This document shows positions 1-9,996 of a stretch of DNA of 20,000 nucleotides, one piece after another. A model generated the notes under the pieces. That model had not been told where the DNA came from and did not search any database. It was given only the letters and a program-made list of their open reading frames with translations. The stretch's first letter is position 1. Every line of letters begins with the position of its first letter. The stretch lies in IMG/VR virus record IMGVR_UViG_3300025603_000010. One strand, given 5' to 3'. Made by a program: the position numbers and the translations under genes. The stretch comes from an uncultured virus (IMG/VR IMGVR_UViG_3300025603_000010). Its lineage: Duplodnaviria; Heunggongvirae; Uroviricota; Caudoviricetes.

Positions 1-118
1 TAAATGGTGTGGCCTTACCGATCATCATATAATATGCATTTGACGAGGCTTCTGAGAAGGACTCAAAAAACTGTTCTGCATTATGCGCCCTAAATTTCTG
101 TGTTATGATTGCTGTCAT
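1..118 (-). CDS. gp8: Baseplate wedge subunit gp8-like, N-terminal fragment (runs off window start)
   Basis: Translated by hand because it is not in the ORF track: MTAIITQKFRAHNAEQFFESFSEASSNAYYMMIGKATPF. This resembles the N-terminus of marine T4-like gp8. It has a GAGGA SD at ~127-131, a late promoter at 145-152, and lies downstream of gp6/gp7. Confidence 0.8.
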   Translation of the reverse strand, partial: MTAIITQKFRAHNAEQFFESFSEASSNAYYMMIGKATPF

Positions 119-144
119 TTTTTGATTCCTCTAATCTGTATTAG

Positions 145-152
145 TATTTATA
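145..152 (-). promoter_or_regulatory. T4-type late promoter TATAAATA (gp55 sigma)
   Basis: Exact consensus (tatttata on +), 26 nt upstream of the gp8-like ATG. Confidence 0.85.
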
Positions 153-191
153 CGACATCACCAACTATGCCTTGGTTATTCTCAAACTAGT

Positions 192-419
192 TTAATCTGG
201 TATTCTTGTAAAATTATTAGCGTAGTTTTCCAATACATATACCTCAGAATTTATCATTGCAATATTATATTCTTCCCCAGTATAAGTATTACCAAACTCT
301 TCTTTAGCCATTTCAAGAGCTGAACTTAATGAAAGATAATATGAATGACCAATATATTTACTTTCTCTTTTACCAATTTCAATATATTTTGCTAATATGT
401 AATCGTAAGGTTGAGCCAT
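192..419 (-). CDS. Small hypothetical protein (75 aa)
   Basis: ATG with a GGA SD just after the upstream stop; co-oriented, AT-rich; no recognisable motif. Confidence 0.65.
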   Translation of the reverse strand: MAQPYDYILAKYIEIGKRESKYIGHSYYLSLSSALEMAKEEFGNTYTGEEYNIAMINSEVYVLENYANNFTRIPD

Positions 420-430
420 TTATTTAATCC

Positions 431-1720
431 TTAATAATATGCGTTTTCAATGTAATGAAACTTTCCAGTGTCTTTGTGCCAAATTCCCAAATCTTTATTG
501 TTTGCCATAAATAGCGGCCACACAGAGGCATCGGTTGTTGATGAAAATGTTACAACTCCTCTATGACGAACTCTTAACGTGTGTTCACCATTTGGTTTAG
601 AAAAATCAATGTCAATAGTATCTAATTTAAGATCACTTCCAGATGTATAAATTCTACACGTTCTATATAAATCGACGTTCCTACCACTTCTATCTTGACC
701 ACATTGGTATTTTGTACCATTATGAACAATACCGCTTCCATCTAACCCCTTTAAATAACATTCATGAGATGGTATTTGAGTCCCCCCCGCCCACGGAACG
801 GCAGAGCCTATGGTCGGTGATGTGCCTGACCAAGTAACAGGGTATACTACTGAATTGCCGGGATTTGAAGTATCAAAATGAATAAGTATATTACCCCAAG
901 TTGTGGCTAAAATAGTAGGTGCCAGTGTGCTTCCAGTGTGTGTTGGTAATGTAACCACACTATCTCTGTCAACTTTAGTAACAGCTGTTCCAGCGCTGCC
1001 ATCCCACACACAATGATTCATATCAAGTCTTGTAGTGCCTTCAGCAAAAGTTGCACTGTTATTAGTATTTAAATATACCCATGTATTTGCAGTACCTAAA
1101 TTAGCGTACTCCGTTCCGCCGCCGGGGGATGAGAAGTCCCACATATACTGTGCGGGCCCATCACCAAGAGTTGCAGCAATCGTTGTAGTCGCTCCACCAT
1201 TATAAGTACCAATAATTTGTTGTTGAGAATTAGACTTAGCATAGAAAATTCCAGTTGTATCATTTAGACGGTGCCCGGCTGAATAGCGTTCCGTTTGGGT
1301 GGTAACGGCGACGTTATTAGTAAAACTACCTAAGTCATTTGCTAGATCAGTCATATAATTTTTGGCAGTATAACCACTAGTAGAAGACCGCATCCCCCAG
1401 AAAGCCCTATCTAAACTTAATTGCGTGCCTCCGCCTGAATGATTACTCCCCCCTTGATTATATAATACCCAATCACTACCTTCACTGAGTGAGTGATCTG
1501 AAGTATCATATGCAATTGGAGTACCTCCATAGTTAGCTGGGTTGTATGGACGAACCATCATAATCCAATTATCATCATCCTGTGAATTAGTTTCATCTGC
1601 ATCATATAACCAATCGCCGCCCGCAGCAAAAAATCCTAAATCACCACTAGATGTCATGTCATTAGTATGTACTGTTGGTGTTGGAGAACCAACACCGCCA
1701 ATCAAATTATACCCAAACAT
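431..1720 (-). CDS. Putative virion/tail-associated beta-rich protein (429 aa), possible receptor-binding accessory
   Basis: Long ORF with an AGGAG SD and G/T/S/N/aromatic-rich composition, located between the fibre gene and gp8. Function is inferred from context only. Confidence 0.6.
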   Translation of the reverse strand: MFGYNLIGGVGSPTPTVHTNDMTSSGDLGFFAAGGDWLYDADETNSQDDDNWIMMVRPYNPANYGGTPIAYDTSDHSLSEGSDWVLYNQGGSNHSGGGTQLSLDRAFWGMRSSTSGYTAKNYMTDLANDLGSFTNNVAVTTQTERYSAGHRLNDTTGIFYAKSNSQQQIIGTYNGGATTTIAATLGDGPAQYMWDFSSPGGGTEYANLGTANTWVYLNTNNSATFAEGTTRLDMNHCVWDGSAGTAVTKVDRDSVVTLPTHTGSTLAPTILATTWGNILIHFDTSNPGNSVVYPVTWSGTSPTIGSAVPWAGGTQIPSHECYLKGLDGSGIVHNGTKYQCGQDRSGRNVDLYRTCRIYTSGSDLKLDTIDIDFSKPNGEHTLRVRHRGVVTFSSTTDASVWPLFMANNKDLGIWHKDTGKFHYIENAYY

Positions 1721-1735
1721 ATTTATATACTCCTA

Positions 1736-3268
1736 TTAAGCATCGTTAGCAGCATCTGTAGTGAAGAATAATTTAACGCCAATGAGTCTAGCATCCTCGG
1801 CCATATCATCATTGCCGTCTGAAATATCTCTAAATATTCTAAAATAACACATATCTGCTGCAGCAGGCGATCCGGCAATAGTCACCGCACCACTCTCTGC
1901 GGTCACGCACAAATCTTCTGCCGCACCGAGCGCATCGTCTGTAACAACAACTGTTGTACCATATGCAACGTCAATTGTATCATTGTTAGAAGCAGCAACG
2001 CCCTGTAATCCCCAAGCAACACCATCCGTATCTGTTGCAGCGGTTGTCCAAAATACTTGGAAAGTGATGGTGCCTCCATTCCAACTTTTTGGGAATGCAA
2101 TTTGAAACTGAGCTGCTTCATCAGCAGAAGCATCAAAGTCAAGAACTTGCATATCTGGTCTACCAGCGGTTGTTTCAACATCTACAAGACCCGCACAACC
2201 ATTTGATATTGTGGGTCGAATTGCTCCAGCTGGAATAAAGACAGTTTCTTTACCCTGTTCTTTAAATGCAGACCCGGCGGATGATATACTACCAGAGAAA
2301 GTAACATTACCATTTGCTGCAATTGTTACTGCAGCTGGAGTAGTTGCAGTACCAATTGTTCCAGTATCTTTAATTAAGATATCATCTACAAAAGTAACGA
2401 TACCAGTTGAAGCAATTGTCATAGCAGATGTTGCAGATGCAACACCTATCGTACCACCATCTTTTATGAGAATGTCATCTTTAAATGTAACAATACCACC
2501 AGAAGATATTTGCATCGCATCTGTGGCACCTGCTGATCCAATATCTGCATCATTTGGAATTACTATACCACCATTTGCAGTAACTAAACCACTAGAAGTT
2601 AATGCTCCAACAACATTAATTAGAGTAGCAGTGAGTTCAATCTCATCTGTAGCAGCAATATCTAAAACTGTTGCACTTGCACCTTGAATAAATTGTGAAA
2701 CGTCATTGAACATTAATTTATTTGTTGAGTTAAGTGTCAGACCAGCACCATCAGTATGGGTTAATGTTGTATCGTTATCATCACCGAAACCAATTACAGC
2801 ACTATCTGCTAAGAATAAGTCAGAGAATTGCAATGAGGTTGTGCCCAGTGCAGCACCATCTTGTGCGTCTGGAACGAAAGCCGTTGCAGCGGTGATTGTT
2901 CCCGTTGCTGTAACATTACCTGTTACATCCAAACCCGAACTGTCAATTTCAATTCTTTCAGTTCCACCAGTAGTCACATTGACTGTATCAGCAGCACTAA
3001 AGAATATTCCAGTATTTGTGTCACCCGTGTTTGTAATTGATGGTGCTGATACGCTGCCGTCTGCAAATGATGCAACACCAGTGATTGAAGGTGCAGCAAG
3101 AGTAACAACAGTAGCAGTAGCACTGATACCAGAACTTAGTGCAGTACCCGTACCCAACAGAGTATAAATTTCACTAAAGTTATCGTTGATCTTGTCACCA
3201 CCGTCACGGATAGAATCACCTGTCCCATCTCCTTCGGTTGTTCCTAATCCTAATGTTTGTAATGCCAT
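1736..3268 (-). CDS. Tail fibre / baseplate-attached fibre protein with gp9/gp10-type N-terminal domain (510 aa)
   Basis: The N-terminus MALQTLGLGTTEGDGTGDSIRDGGDKINDNFSEIY matches the T4 gp9/gp10 N-terminal motif (G-DGTGD-LR-GG-KIN-NF-E-Y). It has a G/T/A-rich shaft with internal repeats and a globular C-terminal domain. Confidence 0.8.
   Translation of the reverse strand: MALQTLGLGTTEGDGTGDSIRDGGDKINDNFSEIYTLLGTGTALSSGISATATVVTLAAPSITGVASFADGSVSAPSITNTGDTNTGIFFSAADTVNVTTGGTERIEIDSSGLDVTGNVTATGTITAATAFVPDAQDGAALGTTSLQFSDLFLADSAVIGFGDDNDTTLTHTDGAGLTLNSTNKLMFNDVSQFIQGASATVLDIAATDEIELTATLINVVGALTSSGLVTANGGIVIPNDADIGSAGATDAMQISSGGIVTFKDDILIKDGGTIGVASATSAMTIASTGIVTFVDDILIKDTGTIGTATTPAAVTIAANGNVTFSGSISSAGSAFKEQGKETVFIPAGAIRPTISNGCAGLVDVETTAGRPDMQVLDFDASADEAAQFQIAFPKSWNGGTITFQVFWTTAATDTDGVAWGLQGVAASNNDTIDVAYGTTVVVTDDALGAAEDLCVTAESGAVTIAGSPAAADMCYFRIFRDISDGNDDMAEDARLIGVKLFFTTDAANDA
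2290..2565 (-). repeat. Three ~31-aa (93-bp period) degenerate fibre-shaft repeats
   Basis: The motif GIVTFxDDILIKDxGTIGxAxxxxAxTIxxx recurs; equivalent codons lie at ~2301, 2394 and 2487. Confidence 0.8.
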
Positions 3269-3292
3269 TATCCGTGTCCTCTTCTATCTGAG

Positions 3293-3300
3293 TATTTATA
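3293..3300 (-). promoter_or_regulatory. T4-type late promoter TATAAATA overlapping the gp7 stop codon
   Basis: Exact consensus, 24 nt upstream of the fibre gene ATG; a GAGGA SD follows. Confidence 0.85.
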
Positions 3301-6300
3301 CCTTTAGTGAGTCCCAAGTTATTGGACTATCAAATGTTGTTGCACCACTAAATCCTGTGTTTATAATTTTAATATATCGGTCAAGGTCAGTTCCGTCTTC
3401 TAGAATAATTTGGTCATTCTCATCTACAGAAGTGTTGTATACAATCAAATCAAGGTCTTCTAAAGCTAAGTTGCCATTTGTCCTAATGAAGATATCTGAC
3501 GGAATACCATATCGTACTAGTGTAGTAGTATCATATATACCAAATGGTAATTCGCCCGTGTTTAATGACTCTTCTAGCGCAATAAATGTTTTCTCTAGAG
3601 ATAGTTTTCCACCAATACCAAACCCAGTATAATCTTCTAACAGAATATCATCGCCAAAGGTTCCGGTAACAGTTGTACCATCCTCTTGTTTGAATGTTCC
3701 AAGTTCTTGTCCCTCAAGAACAATTGTATCAAGGGAATTCTCATCAGAGATATTAAAGAGAGAATCACGAACAATATCTCCAATAGAATATGATTCTGGA
3801 TTAAAGCTTTCGCCCAATATTGCACCACCGCCTTGGAACCCGACAGGATTTTCAAGGATTAGATTGTCACCATCAGTCTCATCAACAAGGTTATCGTTTG
3901 CAATAGATGTAAAGCTGTTTATCGTAACACTCTGTCCAACATTAACATCTGAAGAATCTTCCAACAAGAAGTGATCGCCATTATCTGCCTGTGGATTTCC
4001 TTCTGGTGAAAGATCAACAGTACCAGTAATCAACAAACGACTACCCAATTCAGATATACCACTCTCTAATTGAATACCATCACCAGTGATACCTTCATAT
4101 GATGAAGTTGCAAGGAAGGCTAGACCATTAGAAGTATTATGATTATTAGTAACTTTTGCATTAAGATGGGTTGTAACTGTTGAACGTAAGAATATTTCAT
4201 GATCACCCTGTGGATCAGCACGACCATCAGTGACAAATTTCTCACCATCTGTTTCATCAATAATATTAAACTTTATACTTACATCTTCACCAAACATAAA
4301 CGAAATGCCATCTGTACCAACTGTCTCACGAAGAATAGCAAATCCATCCTCCAAAAGAAGATCACTTCCATCATCACCTTGAGATTGTGAAAGATGTCCA
4401 TCCTCAGTACCATTAATAACAATATTATTAGATATCTCTTCAGCACTTTCAGATATGATACGGTCCAAGTCTTCAGTAACTAGTATACCAAACTCACCAG
4501 CACCTGTACCGTGAGATATCTCAATTCCTTCAAAATCAGGAAATGCATTTTCTGGGGTTTCTAGTTCTACAAACCCTTCACCAGTTTCGTTTTCAAGAAT
4601 AAATCTATCACCATCCTCTTGAATAATAGAAGTTTCTAATAGAATTTCAAACTGATCAAATAGGATTGTACCAAGACGATATTTTATAGGTTCATCAAAT
4701 ACCGTTCTGAATGTAGAAGCAAGAATTGCACTATAGGTATTAAGATCATAATCATTTCGTGTAAGGCTTGCGCCGGAGATGCCAAGTTTCGCAGAAACGA
4801 ATGATGTGTTGATAACTTTTGAGAATACATTAAATCCAGCTGGATGAACTGCTTTTTTCAACTCATTCAGATATTGATTGCCACCAGCGTTTGTCTGAAT
4901 TTCATATGAGAATTGCTGATAATAATAAGAGTCTTGAATCCTGATAAGAGCTTCACCAATTAAATTTTCAATACCACCAAATCTACCAGATTTCTCAGTC
5001 GTAGTTCCTAGTGTAATATTTGACTTTGCAATATCTGCATGAACGATTGTCGCAGATGCTGCAGAAGTTGTTATTGCTGTTGTTCCAGCAGAGAAATCTG
5101 CACCAGCATCTTCAAATAATACTTTTTCTGTGGCATGAAGAGAGGATGCATTTGTCCCATCCAAGATTAAGTTATCAAAGGGAACATCATCCTCGTATAG
5201 AAGTATTCCATTGCCATCCCCGTTGTCATCTTGGTTTAAAACGATATTATTGTTTGGATCATCCGTTCCATTCGCATCTGTTGCATTAGGAATGATTTTT
5301 TCACCAGCGTTTGTACCACTAGCATCAGTACCATTAAGAACCAAATCATCTTCGTAGGATAGATCAGCATCAAGTACGATAAAGTAACCAGCACCATCTG
5401 AAACGATTGGGATTGGTGAACTTTCTAATATAAATTTTACCTGCCTTGGTGCAGATGAAAGTTGAGTAGTTTCATTATCAGAACCAAGGAAGTTGTTATC
5501 CTCTGTAATTATAAATCCACTATCTCCAGTACCATCTTCCAAATCAAAGTAAGATAATCTTTGTCCGCTCTCCATGATAAGATCGCCGTCACCACTCTCC
5601 AAGAGTATCATCCCAGTATTAGTTGAGAGGTCATCTATTAAAAGTCTGTCTCCATCCTCACTAACTAGATTTTCTCCATAGACAAGATTAGCATCTAAAA
5701 TAATATTTACACCAACATACTCATTAGTTGCAAGTGAGTCTTCTAGAAGCACACCCTCATTAGAAGTTCCGCCCTGAGATTCATCTTGAATAGCAATATT
5801 GTCTTCAATTGAAACTGTTAGAACTTGGGTTGTAGAATCATAAGCCCGAACTGTTCCTGTGTGTGAAGTTAATGCTGCACCCACAGCAAAAGTTCCAGTG
5901 ATGTCTTTAATGACAAAATTTCCACGGGGTTCCATAATAGGTGATTCACTATAATCAAAACCGGGGTTAGAAACATTGATAGAAGATATACGACCAATAT
6001 CCGTAGTGGTTGACAATACTTTAGCACCTGTACCATACTGACTTCTAACAGCCGCAGTTGGTAACAGTGAATACCCATCACCACCCTGAGTAACCGTAAT
6101 TTTTGTAATATCACCAGAACCAGATTCTAAGATAAATCCTTCATTGTCATAACGGTTTGTGTCTATGACTTTTAAATTTACCGCCCACTCAGACTCAACA
6201 CGATCACCAAGAACAGCCTCAGTGTTTATACCATCAGTATAAGAAGCCGCATTTCCAGACTCACCATATAGATGATCTGAACGATGATTATAGTTACCAC

Positions 6301-8089
6301 CATAGAGGGTATATGTTGAACTGTTGTATGATGATTGAGCAATAGCTGTTGTTGCAGTTGGTGAATAGAAAGTAATACCGGGATACTCTAGGAATTGATA
6401 TTGTCTCACTGCTGTTGCTGCGCTCTCAAACACCAACACCTCATTGTCCAGTAGTGTCTGTGCAGCAGACATTGTAATTGAATTTTGACTTGTAACGGAG
6501 ACGACTGTAACAGTATTACTCAAACCGATACTGTTTGATCTAACAGTCATTCCCACCAAAATTTCATCACCAGAATTTCCGTCCAAGATTACTGTTGTTG
6601 AATTAAAAGTTGCCCCGTTGGCCAAGCCGCTAGATTTTGTGATAGTAGTCTGTTCAGCAGAATAATTTGTCAAATGGATTGGATAGTAATAACCGATACC
6701 ATTGTTGTATATAACATCAGTACCATAAACTGTATATGGTTCCTCACCCTCAATTGTACCCTCTTCCAACTGAAAGTTAAACAGATCAATAAACTGATTT
6801 GTACCAGATTCCTGTACAATAATATCACCATCAGTTTCATCGATGATGTTACCATTTATAACTGTAACCTCAGCCTTAGCACTATCTACAAACCCTGCTT
6901 CAGTACTATTATCAGTAAATACAACAAGGTCACCAATCTCATAGTTGGTTCCTGCATCATCAACAACAACACCAGAAACCGAACCAGTTTCTACCTTATT
7001 AATACTAGCAGAAATATCACCACTACCAATTGCAACAGAAGTATCAAGGTCTATAATATCACTGTTACTATATAGCGTTCCGTCATTTGAAATTGTTGTA
7101 GATGAAAGTAATTGTTGAATGACAAAATTATATTTAATATCTTTTGTAGAAGATATACCGGAAATTATTTCTCCATCAACAAATGTTCCAACCACACTTG
7201 AGATTTGAAATTCAATATAAGAAACACCACCAACAACAGCAAAGGTTGTTGCACTCTCAACAAGAGCAGTTGCCAAACTAGTTCCACCTGTAATAGATTG
7301 ACCTATTAGTTCATTTGCAACAACATTACCAGAAGCAGAACAACGAATAACTGTGGGCTGATCCCAATCAGCAGCTGACGCTTTTAACATATACTGGTTT
7401 GGATAGAATATTTCTGCATCTTCATCCAGAAGGATTTTCATAAAGAGTTTAGCACCCTCCTTAGTTCCCTTCCGTCGATACAACTCACGAATATGTTTTT
7501 CTAGATTTCTCTTATCGATACCAGTTGCGGTGTTACTAGGAATTCCTTCCATAAATGATTTACGAAACTGTTCGATAAAGTCATAGATGGTATTGTCAAT
7601 GTCAGCGTAAGCCAATAACTGCTGAATATTCTGAACTGGGTTTGCACGATACCTTGTGATTGTACCAGACGCACCAGAGGTTGAACCTGTAACAGTCTCA
7701 CCAGTTTCAAACAACTGTTGGGATGAGATAAACAATCTAGGGGTATCATCCGAAAGGTCTTCAACAAGAACAGTTGCAGTAGCATAAGATATACTGCCGG
7801 TGATTGTTTCACCTTCAATAAACTTACCTGTCGATCCCGAACCTGATTCTGTAACAACCAGTGTTCCATCTTCACTTAGAAGATTTGTTGATGTTTCCAA
7901 TTCCAAAAGAATATTATCGATATTGACTTCTAGTCGCAGCTCACCCGCTTCTAGAAATTCGTAATATGATCTTAGGAAACGAGAAAATTGTGGATGGTCT
8001 TCAGCAATGAAGTCAGGAAGTTGTCCATCAATCTGGGTACTGAGTTTATTCTCTAGTTCTGGGGTCCAGTTTAAATCAAATGGTGGCAT
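3296..8089 (-). CDS. gp7: Baseplate wedge initiator gp7-like, enlarged (1597 aa)
   Basis: N-terminal QLPDFIAEDHPQFSRFLRSYYEFLE and IRELYRRKGTKEGAKLFMKIL, and later IQDSYYYQQFSYEI...LKKAVHPAGF, are typical of marine T4-like gp7. It lies directly downstream of gp6. Confidence 0.85.
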   Translation of the reverse strand: MPPFDLNWTPELENKLSTQIDGQLPDFIAEDHPQFSRFLRSYYEFLEAGELRLEVNIDNILLELETSTNLLSEDGTLVVTESGSGSTGKFIEGETITGSISYATATVLVEDLSDDTPRLFISSQQLFETGETVTGSTSGASGTITRYRANPVQNIQQLLAYADIDNTIYDFIEQFRKSFMEGIPSNTATGIDKRNLEKHIRELYRRKGTKEGAKLFMKILLDEDAEIFYPNQYMLKASAADWDQPTVIRCSASGNVVANELIGQSITGGTSLATALVESATTFAVVGGVSYIEFQISSVVGTFVDGEIISGISSTKDIKYNFVIQQLLSSTTISNDGTLYSNSDIIDLDTSVAIGSGDISASINKVETGSVSGVVVDDAGTNYEIGDLVVFTDNSTEAGFVDSAKAEVTVINGNIIDETDGDIIVQESGTNQFIDLFNFQLEEGTIEGEEPYTVYGTDVIYNNGIGYYYPIHLTNYSAEQTTITKSSGLANGATFNSTTVILDGNSGDEILVGMTVRSNSIGLSNTVTVVSVTSQNSITMSAAQTLLDNEVLVFESAATAVRQYQFLEYPGITFYSPTATTAIAQSSYNSSTYTLYGGNYNHRSDHLYGESGNAASYTDGINTEAVLGDRVESEWAVNLKVIDTNRYDNEGFILESGSGDITKITVTQGGDGYSLLPTAAVRSQYGTGAKVLSTTTDIGRISSINVSNPGFDYSESPIMEPRGNFVIKDITGTFAVGAALTSHTGTVRAYDSTTQVLTVSIEDNIAIQDESQGGTSNEGVLLEDSLATNEYVGVNIILDANLVYGENLVSEDGDRLLIDDLSTNTGMILLESGDGDLIMESGQRLSYFDLEDGTGDSGFIITEDNNFLGSDNETTQLSSAPRQVKFILESSPIPIVSDGAGYFIVLDADLSYEDDLVLNGTDASGTNAGEKIIPNATDANGTDDPNNNIVLNQDDNGDGNGILLYEDDVPFDNLILDGTNASSLHATEKVLFEDAGADFSAGTTAITTSAASATIVHADIAKSNITLGTTTEKSGRFGGIENLIGEALIRIQDSYYYQQFSYEIQTNAGGNQYLNELKKAVHPAGFNVFSKVINTSFVSAKLGISGASLTRNDYDLNTYSAILASTFRTVFDEPIKYRLGTILFDQFEILLETSIIQEDGDRFILENETGEGFVELETPENAFPDFEGIEISHGTGAGEFGILVTEDLDRIISESAEEISNNIVINGTEDGHLSQSQGDDGSDLLLEDGFAILRETVGTDGISFMFGEDVSIKFNIIDETDGEKFVTDGRADPQGDHEIFLRSTVTTHLNAKVTNNHNTSNGLAFLATSSYEGITGDGIQLESGISELGSRLLITGTVDLSPEGNPQADNGDHFLLEDSSDVNVGQSVTINSFTSIANDNLVDETDGDNLILENPVGFQGGGAILGESFNPESYSIGDIVRDSLFNISDENSLDTIVLEGQELGTFKQEDGTTVTGTFGDDILLEDYTGFGIGGKLSLEKTFIALEESLNTGELPFGIYDTTTLVRYGIPSDIFIRTNGNLALEDLDLIVYNTSVDENDQIILEDGTDLDRYIKIINTGFSGATTFDSPITWDSLKV

Positions 8090-8091
8090 GA

Positions 8092-9996
8092 TTAATAACT
8101 CGACGGCGTTACATAATTAGTTGTTGCCACAAATGCCGAAGTACCCCCACCACCACTATTTACTGCAATGGTATCTTGTCCTCCTGTAATGATGGTATTG
8201 ATTATATCAATTTCGATGATTTGATTTCTCTTACCTACAATATCATTGGACGCTGGTATTGCAGTTAACCTTATTGCTCTTGATGCATTGTCATCAACAT
8301 TAGATACTGAAGTTATATAAATTGGATTAACTGAAACTAGGCCAGTTGCATAGTCTACAGTTCCGGCAGCCGAACTATGATAGGTTCGCACCCCAGAAAC
8401 CAAATAGTATATACGAAGGTTGCCCGCACCATCATCGTCAAAGAACATCTCGTTTGTATTGTCTTGTATGTAGAAACCTGTTGATGCAATGATACCACCC
8501 CCAGATGCGTTGTGTCCAGAGTGTGGATTGAAAAGTGAGTTTCCAAATTGAATTGTGAAAGAAAATGAACCAGATGTGTTTGGTGTATAAAAACTACCCA
8601 GAGTCACCGTTGTGACATTACTCAATATTGAATTATCAGTATTATCAACCAAAGAAGTAAACTGTGAATGCCTAAAAATTGAATTAAATACTTTGAGGTA
8701 ATCAGTATTGTATGTTGAAATTGTATTAGATACAAGTGTCTCTATAGACTCTTTAGAACTTGTTGTTGCATTACTGTCGTATTGAAAATTACAATTGAGA
8801 ATAAGAAATAGATTTTCTGGGTCAACAACCACAGGAGTAATTGATGCAACAGTGTATGGAGCCAAGTCTTTTACCAACTGTGCCTTCTGAATCTCATTTA
8901 GATTTAGACCTGTCGTTGACTTAACACTAATGAAAACCTTACCATAATCTGCAACATCAGATATACCAGTAACCGCATTAAATGAACCATCCTCACCACC
9001 CCAAACAGAAACCGCCTGAGTGTTTGCAAACAACTGTTTAACATATGTCTTGTAATCTTCTGTGGTAACACATCGACCCTGTGATGCATAATCAAGTGGT
9101 GCGTTATACTTGACAGACTCAATTGATTCTGGTTCTGACCCACCAGCAGAATTAGAAACGGTTCTAACATTTACACTATTAACCGTATCAATTGCAGCCG
9201 AACTACTAAAGACTGATGCACCATTTGCAGCACCTTTGTTGGTAACAACATAATTCATTATGATGATGTTACCATCCTCTACTGCATTGCCTAGAATACC
9301 ATCACCAAAGTATATTTCAAACTTACCGTCTTCTACCTCTTGCAGAAAATATACATTGGATGTTGAAGTCAATCCTGCAATATCTGTTGCTCTCGTATAT
9401 GTAGCACTTCCAGTATCCGTTGCAGAATTTTGAACTTTGATTGTAAGAGTTGTTGTATCTGCTCTATCATCATTAATAACAAATCTCTGTTCAACATTCT
9501 GGGTGTCAGCAGTATATCTAGTTGCAACAAAACTACCCTCAGCTATTGTTACATTATTGAATTGAATAGAAGACCCACTATTGGATGCAGTAACACTTTG
9601 TGTGGTTACAAACTGATAAGATGTATCCCCCACACTAGATGTGAAAACTGTACCCGCAGGCATTGTTGCACTTGCAAGAGATGTATTCAAAAATACATCA
9701 ACGACTGCCTTTGCTGCTGTGGATGAACGAGTAGTATATCCCAAAGTCTTCGCATGTGAAACCACACTTGACCTCAACTGAGATGAGTCAAGGAACATCT
9801 CGTTTGCAAGCATGTTCGCATTGAAACCAAGATAGTGAGTATTGTATGCAAGAACATCAAGGAGCGCACTAAGACCCGAACCTTCGAAGTCATAGTCCTT
9901 GAACTCTGATTGATTTCGCATGAAGACTTTTAGGTTATCTTTAACCTCATCAAAGCCAAATTCTGTTACACTGAGTCTTTTTCTAGTCGCTGCCAT
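8092..9996 (-). CDS. gp6: Baseplate wedge subunit gp6
   Basis: Hallmark motifs DYDFEGSGLSALLDVLAYNTHY, ANEMFLDSSQLRSSVVSHAK, FEIYFGDG and APLDYASQGRCVTTEDY. Confidence 0.95.
   Translation of the reverse strand: MAATRKRLSVTEFGFDEVKDNLKVFMRNQSEFKDYDFEGSGLSALLDVLAYNTHYLGFNANMLANEMFLDSSQLRSSVVSHAKTLGYTTRSSTAAKAVVDVFLNTSLASATMPAGTVFTSSVGDTSYQFVTTQSVTASNSGSSIQFNNVTIAEGSFVATRYTADTQNVEQRFVINDDRADTTTLTIKVQNSATDTGSATYTRATDIAGLTSTSNVYFLQEVEDGKFEIYFGDGILGNAVEDGNIIIMNYVVTNKGAANGASVFSSSAAIDTVNSVNVRTVSNSAGGSEPESIESVKYNAPLDYASQGRCVTTEDYKTYVKQLFANTQAVSVWGGEDGSFNAVTGISDVADYGKVFISVKSTTGLNLNEIQKAQLVKDLAPYTVASITPVVVDPENLFLILNCNFQYDSNATTSSKESIETLVSNTISTYNTDYLKVFNSIFRHSQFTSLVDNTDNSILSNVTTVTLGSFYTPNTSGSFSFTIQFGNSLFNPHSGHNASGGGIIASTGFYIQDNTNEMFFDDDGAGNLRIYYLVSGVRTYHSSAAGTVDYATGLVSVNPIYITSVSNVDDNASRAIRLTAIPASNDIVGKRNQIIEIDIINTIITGGQDTIAVNSGGGGTSAFVATTNYVTPSSY

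Noticed and set aside
1720..1727. TATAAATA match at the start of the 429-aa gene
   Set aside because: It overlaps the ATG itself and lies downstream of the SD, so it cannot drive this gene from that start. It is likely a chance match in an AT-rich spacer.
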